The notes under the pieces are model-generated. The model did not search any database and had not been told where the DNA came from. It was given only the letters and a program-made list of their open reading frames with translations. From NCBI GenBank assembly GCA_000708835.1, contig DF237223.1:51269-115268 (forward strand): a stretch of 64,000 nt of DNA, given 5' to 3'. Both the position numbers and the translations under genes were made by a program. Below are positions 61,401 to 64,000 of this stretch, one piece after another (positions within the stretch are counted from its first letter, which is position 1; each line of letters opens with the position of its first letter). The stretch is from Klebsormidium nitens (taxonomy: Eukaryota > Plantae > Klebsormidiophyceae).

Positions 61401-62717
61401 CGCAAACCAGAAGAATCACCTTCCATTTGCAAGCCAACCAGTCTGACAGCAGCTGGCCTGGCACTCTGCAAAAGCAGGCTTCTTGTTGACATTCTGAGCA
61501 CTTACCTGCCGCTGCTGTCCATGACCAAGGAGCAGCAGGTGATTTGGCTCCCATCTGGTTGCTCGTCATCAGGACAGGCATGGTTCGCTTTCCCTCGCGC
61601 CTTCTCGCGCCCCTGAACCCATGCTGCAACAGGAGAAGGGGGCAATCAGCGTCCTGATCCCATGCTGTAATAGGAGAAGGGGGCGATCAGCGTGAGGGCT
61701 GCCGCCATGTAAAGGCCTGAACGATCAGGTCGAGCGATAGCTGCACACAGAGTGTGTGTGTGTGTCCTCTCACCTGCGCGGTCCCCATCGATCTTGAAAC
61801 AACCCTTTGATGGGCCGTGGCTCTCGTAGAAGTATGTAACAGCCCCTCCCCTCTTGCTCCCGCAGAGCCCATATTCTGCGGTCGTGTCGCACTCGCGGCA
61901 GTGAATGGCATGCGGGTCTGGAAAGAGAAGAGGGGAATCATGCAGGGCCCATCCGACTACCCCACACCCCTGCATGCAGGACCGGTCATGCCACCAAGTT
62001 TTGGCGCTATCCTTAAGGAAAGGGTTGGCCAGACCTCGGTTCACCTCCCAGCCATGCCATCAGACTTTTGGCAATGTACCATGAAATGGCCAATTGTCAT
62101 CTTAAGAATCAAGTGGTCAAAACTTGGTACACTTTCCCCCCCGCACGCCCAGGCATGCCATTCAAGAATCTGCTTGTCGATGTTCATGAAAGATAAGCGA
62201 TCCGCTGTTCAATTTGGGATGTACTCTTTTCCTGAAACAGTGGTATGTTTGATGGGCTGATGTTTGTCTGTTTTTTGAAAGCGAAACAGAATGATCCTTG
62301 GTCCTCCTGCTTGCAGGGCCAGCAACCACAGGTTCCCTGACCTTAAGAAGAGCTGGCTTTTGAAAAAGCAAACAGACAGTCTTTTTGCTCACTGCGTTCT
62401 GCAGCCCAATCCAAAGCTTCTTTGAGCACCCGCGCATTCTGCCGCTTCGCTTTCTGATCAGCAGCGCTGAAGAATTGGCCTTGTGGGGACTTGCGAGCAG
62501 GCTTCCCCTCATGCTTCAGTCCCTTTGACTGCTGGCACCGCCGGCGACGAGGGGCAGGTGCATCATCGCTCTGCGCATTGACAGCAGCGATCAGAATCTC
62601 TTGCCTTTCTGCACTGATTGTGATGCGCTCCCTATACTCTGCAGCGCGTGCGAAGCGTGCAGCCTGGCAGTCCCTATGATCAGACTTGGACCTGCCACAA
62701 GGCCGGCTTCTTGCCAT
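55450..62717 (-). CDS. Upstream exons (low-complexity, coiled-coil, Cys-rich) probably belonging to the same transcript as the AEP-helicase gene
   Basis: Series of GT-AG exon candidates, several phase-compatible: about 55490-55620, 55925-56170, 56885-57060, from 57617 (3' end unresolved), 58077-58180, 58790-58890, 59159-59270, 59710-59790, 60030-60150, 60880-61170, 61505-61620, 61774-61917 and 62343-62717. Confidence 0.45.
58335..58680 (+). repeat. Palindromic cassette array D (4 units), intronic
   Basis: Cassettes 58341-58394, 58432-58485, 58527-about 58584 and 58625-58678. Units 1 and 4 are perfect GTACCCACTG-34 nt-CAGTGGGTAC. Confidence 0.9.
59320..59690 (+). repeat. Palindromic cassette array E (4 units), intronic
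   Basis: GAGCGTACCCACTG at 59343, 59438 and 59537, plus GAGCATACCCACTG at about 59640. Right arms are (A/G)GGTAC. Period is 95-102 bp. Confidence 0.9.
61774..61917 (-). CDS. Exon encoding an EsV-1-7-like Cys/His motif
   Basis: HCRECDTTAEYGLCGSKRGGAVTYFYESHGPSKGCFKI resembles CxxCxxxAxyG...fCxxH..Gm.v, except that the third Cys position is F. Confidence 0.35.
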
Positions 62718-63240
62718 TACTTATCACGCATTAGCTCCGCTGGTCACAGCTGCAAACACACATAAGAGAGGAATCAATTTGCCCACAGCAACTGAAGCAC
62801 AAACCAATTCAGAGCAGACCCACAGCTTCGAAATTTTGAAGCAGAGCAAAGCAGATTGGTTGGCCCCAAAGATTGGTTGGCCCCAAAAGCTCAAGCACCT
62901 CCGGAAACATGCTTTTGTTAGATTTCAACTCGCGAGTATGAAAAACTGCCATGACGCAATCACTTACCCCATGCCTAAACCACTTGGCGCTTGGTGCTTG
63001 CAGCACTTTCCTGCGGGCATGCTGGCAGCTGTCAAGCTAGAGACTAGAAGGGGCAGCTTCCGTCTTAGGTTCGAGGGAACGGTCCGGTCCGGAGTGGTAA
63101 TGGTGCCTTTACGACTGGTCCTGGCCGCCCCGTGTGCGCGCATAGGCTACGCTCGAGGGGCTGACCTCCGGGTGCCCGGTAGACTCAAGTTACGGCAGCT
63201 GCATGGGGACCGGAACGGTCTGCGTCAGCGCGGTAAGGGT

Positions 63241-63413
63241 ACCGTGACGTCACGGTCGGGCTGAGTGTTTTACTACTGAAGTTGGCCGCTGACGTCATCC
63301 AGAGGAGCCTTCTTTCGACCCCATGTCAAATGGTTGCATGGACACCTTGTGTGTTGGACATGTTTGCACTATCAAATTGAACGCGTAATGCTTGGTTACG
63401 TCTGATGACGTCA
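63241..63413. promoter_or_regulatory. Cluster of three TGACGTCA (bZIP C-box/CRE) motifs
   Basis: TGACGTCA at 63245 (inside the 16-bp palindrome ACCGTGACGTCACGGT), 63290 and 63406, upstream of the minus-strand gene. Confidence 0.35.
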
Positions 63414-63900
63414 TCGATTTGGAGGTCAAGACGACTGTTCCCCAAACCCTCGAATTGCTTGGACACTCTAGATTCGTATGCACTATCAACAGCTTGCAAG
63501 GGTGCCCTATCAATAACAGCACATTAAAGATAGTATGGGGGATCCTGCCATTGGATTGAGGGGCGAGAAGTGCGCTTCCATAAGCTTGGAAAGCTTGACT
63601 ATTTTGCATGAAGAGGTTTGTAGCGCATAATGTTTGGTATAGTTGATGCCACTGTCATCCAATGGGGGTCGAAATGCATGACAGGTCCCCATAGAATTGA
63701 ACTTACACTTTGGACAGGTTCGCGCTCTCAATCGTAGCGCGAATAATTGGTATGGTTGACAGCGTCATTGATTTGGGGGTTGAGACGACTTGTTCCGAAA
63801 CCTTGGATAGCTTGGACGGATTTGCGCTGTTAATAGCTCAAACACCTTGGACAATTGTGCCCTATCAATTATAGGGCATAATGTTTGGTATGTTTGGTGA
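63400..63900. repeat. Degenerate direct repeat, period about 355 bp
   Basis: Shared blocks cgtcat(c/t)gatttgg(a/g)ggt..agacgact..gttcc at about 63409 and 63764, gtgccctatcaat at about 63502 and 63857, and gcataatgtttggtat at about 63625 and 63876. Confidence 0.55.
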
Positions 63901-64000
63901 GGTCGTTAATCCGGGAGTCGAACAGAAGTACCTACTAATAGCCTAAACAATCTGACGACTATAGCCGTGAGCAAGGGTATTCTAAGTATGATACCACTAT

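Larger units (their letters stand above)
34690..62717. mobile_element. Composite capsid-less virus-like/transposon region (KDZ transposase, Prim-Pol/SF3 helicase, tyrosine recombinase, AEP-UL9-like replicase, palindromic arrays); boundaries unresolved
   Basis: Host housekeeping genes stop abruptly after the kinesin. The region holds only replication, recombination and DNA-binding genes, pseudogenes, one shared repeat family and assembly gaps. Confidence 0.7.

Noticed and set aside
34690-64000. Complete endogenous giant virus or Polinton
   Set aside because: No major capsid, packaging ATPase, PolB/pPolB, RNA polymerase or retroviral-type integrase was recognised in the window.
1-64000. tRNA or rRNA genes
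   Set aside because: No cloverleaf with a T-loop GTTCRA plus acceptor stem, and no rRNA signature, was found by eye.

Overview
Eukaryotic, intron-rich genomic DNA, most likely a streptophyte green alga (Klebsormidium-like; inferred from gene content and GT-AG intron style). It has two small assembly gaps (about 36790-37241 and 48637-48656). Bases 1-34 kb are ordinary host genes: a GCR1_C-domain protein with an MQPG low-complexity tail, a large coiled-coil protein, a zeta-toxin-fold CaM-dependent NAD kinase (NADKc family), a long-chain acyl-CoA synthetase and a kinesin-14. From about 34.7 kb onward the window looks like a composite, capsid-less mobile/viral element with three parts. (i) A decayed KDZ (Kyakuja/Dileera/Zisupton-type) transposase with an XPA-like gene nested antisense in its intron. 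(ii) A compact intronless module: Prim-Pol + Zn finger + NrS-1/D5-like SF3 helicase, a Polinton-like-virus/virophage-type tyrosine recombinase and a HIRAN-like ORF, next to a duplicated module of inverted TATTACCC/GGGTAATA octamers. (iii) An apparently intact multi-exon gene that probably fuses an AEP primase, a Zn finger and a herpes-UL9-like origin-binding SF2 helicase. Five arrays (about 21 units, mostly 91-111 bp period) of a 53-54 bp cassette bounded by GTACCCACTG...CAGTGGGTAC lie inside, downstream of and far from that gene. The leading hypothesis is a self-replicating element whose origin-binding protein recognises these oriS/hr-like palindromic arrays. All domain calls are motif recognition by eye; no database search was run.
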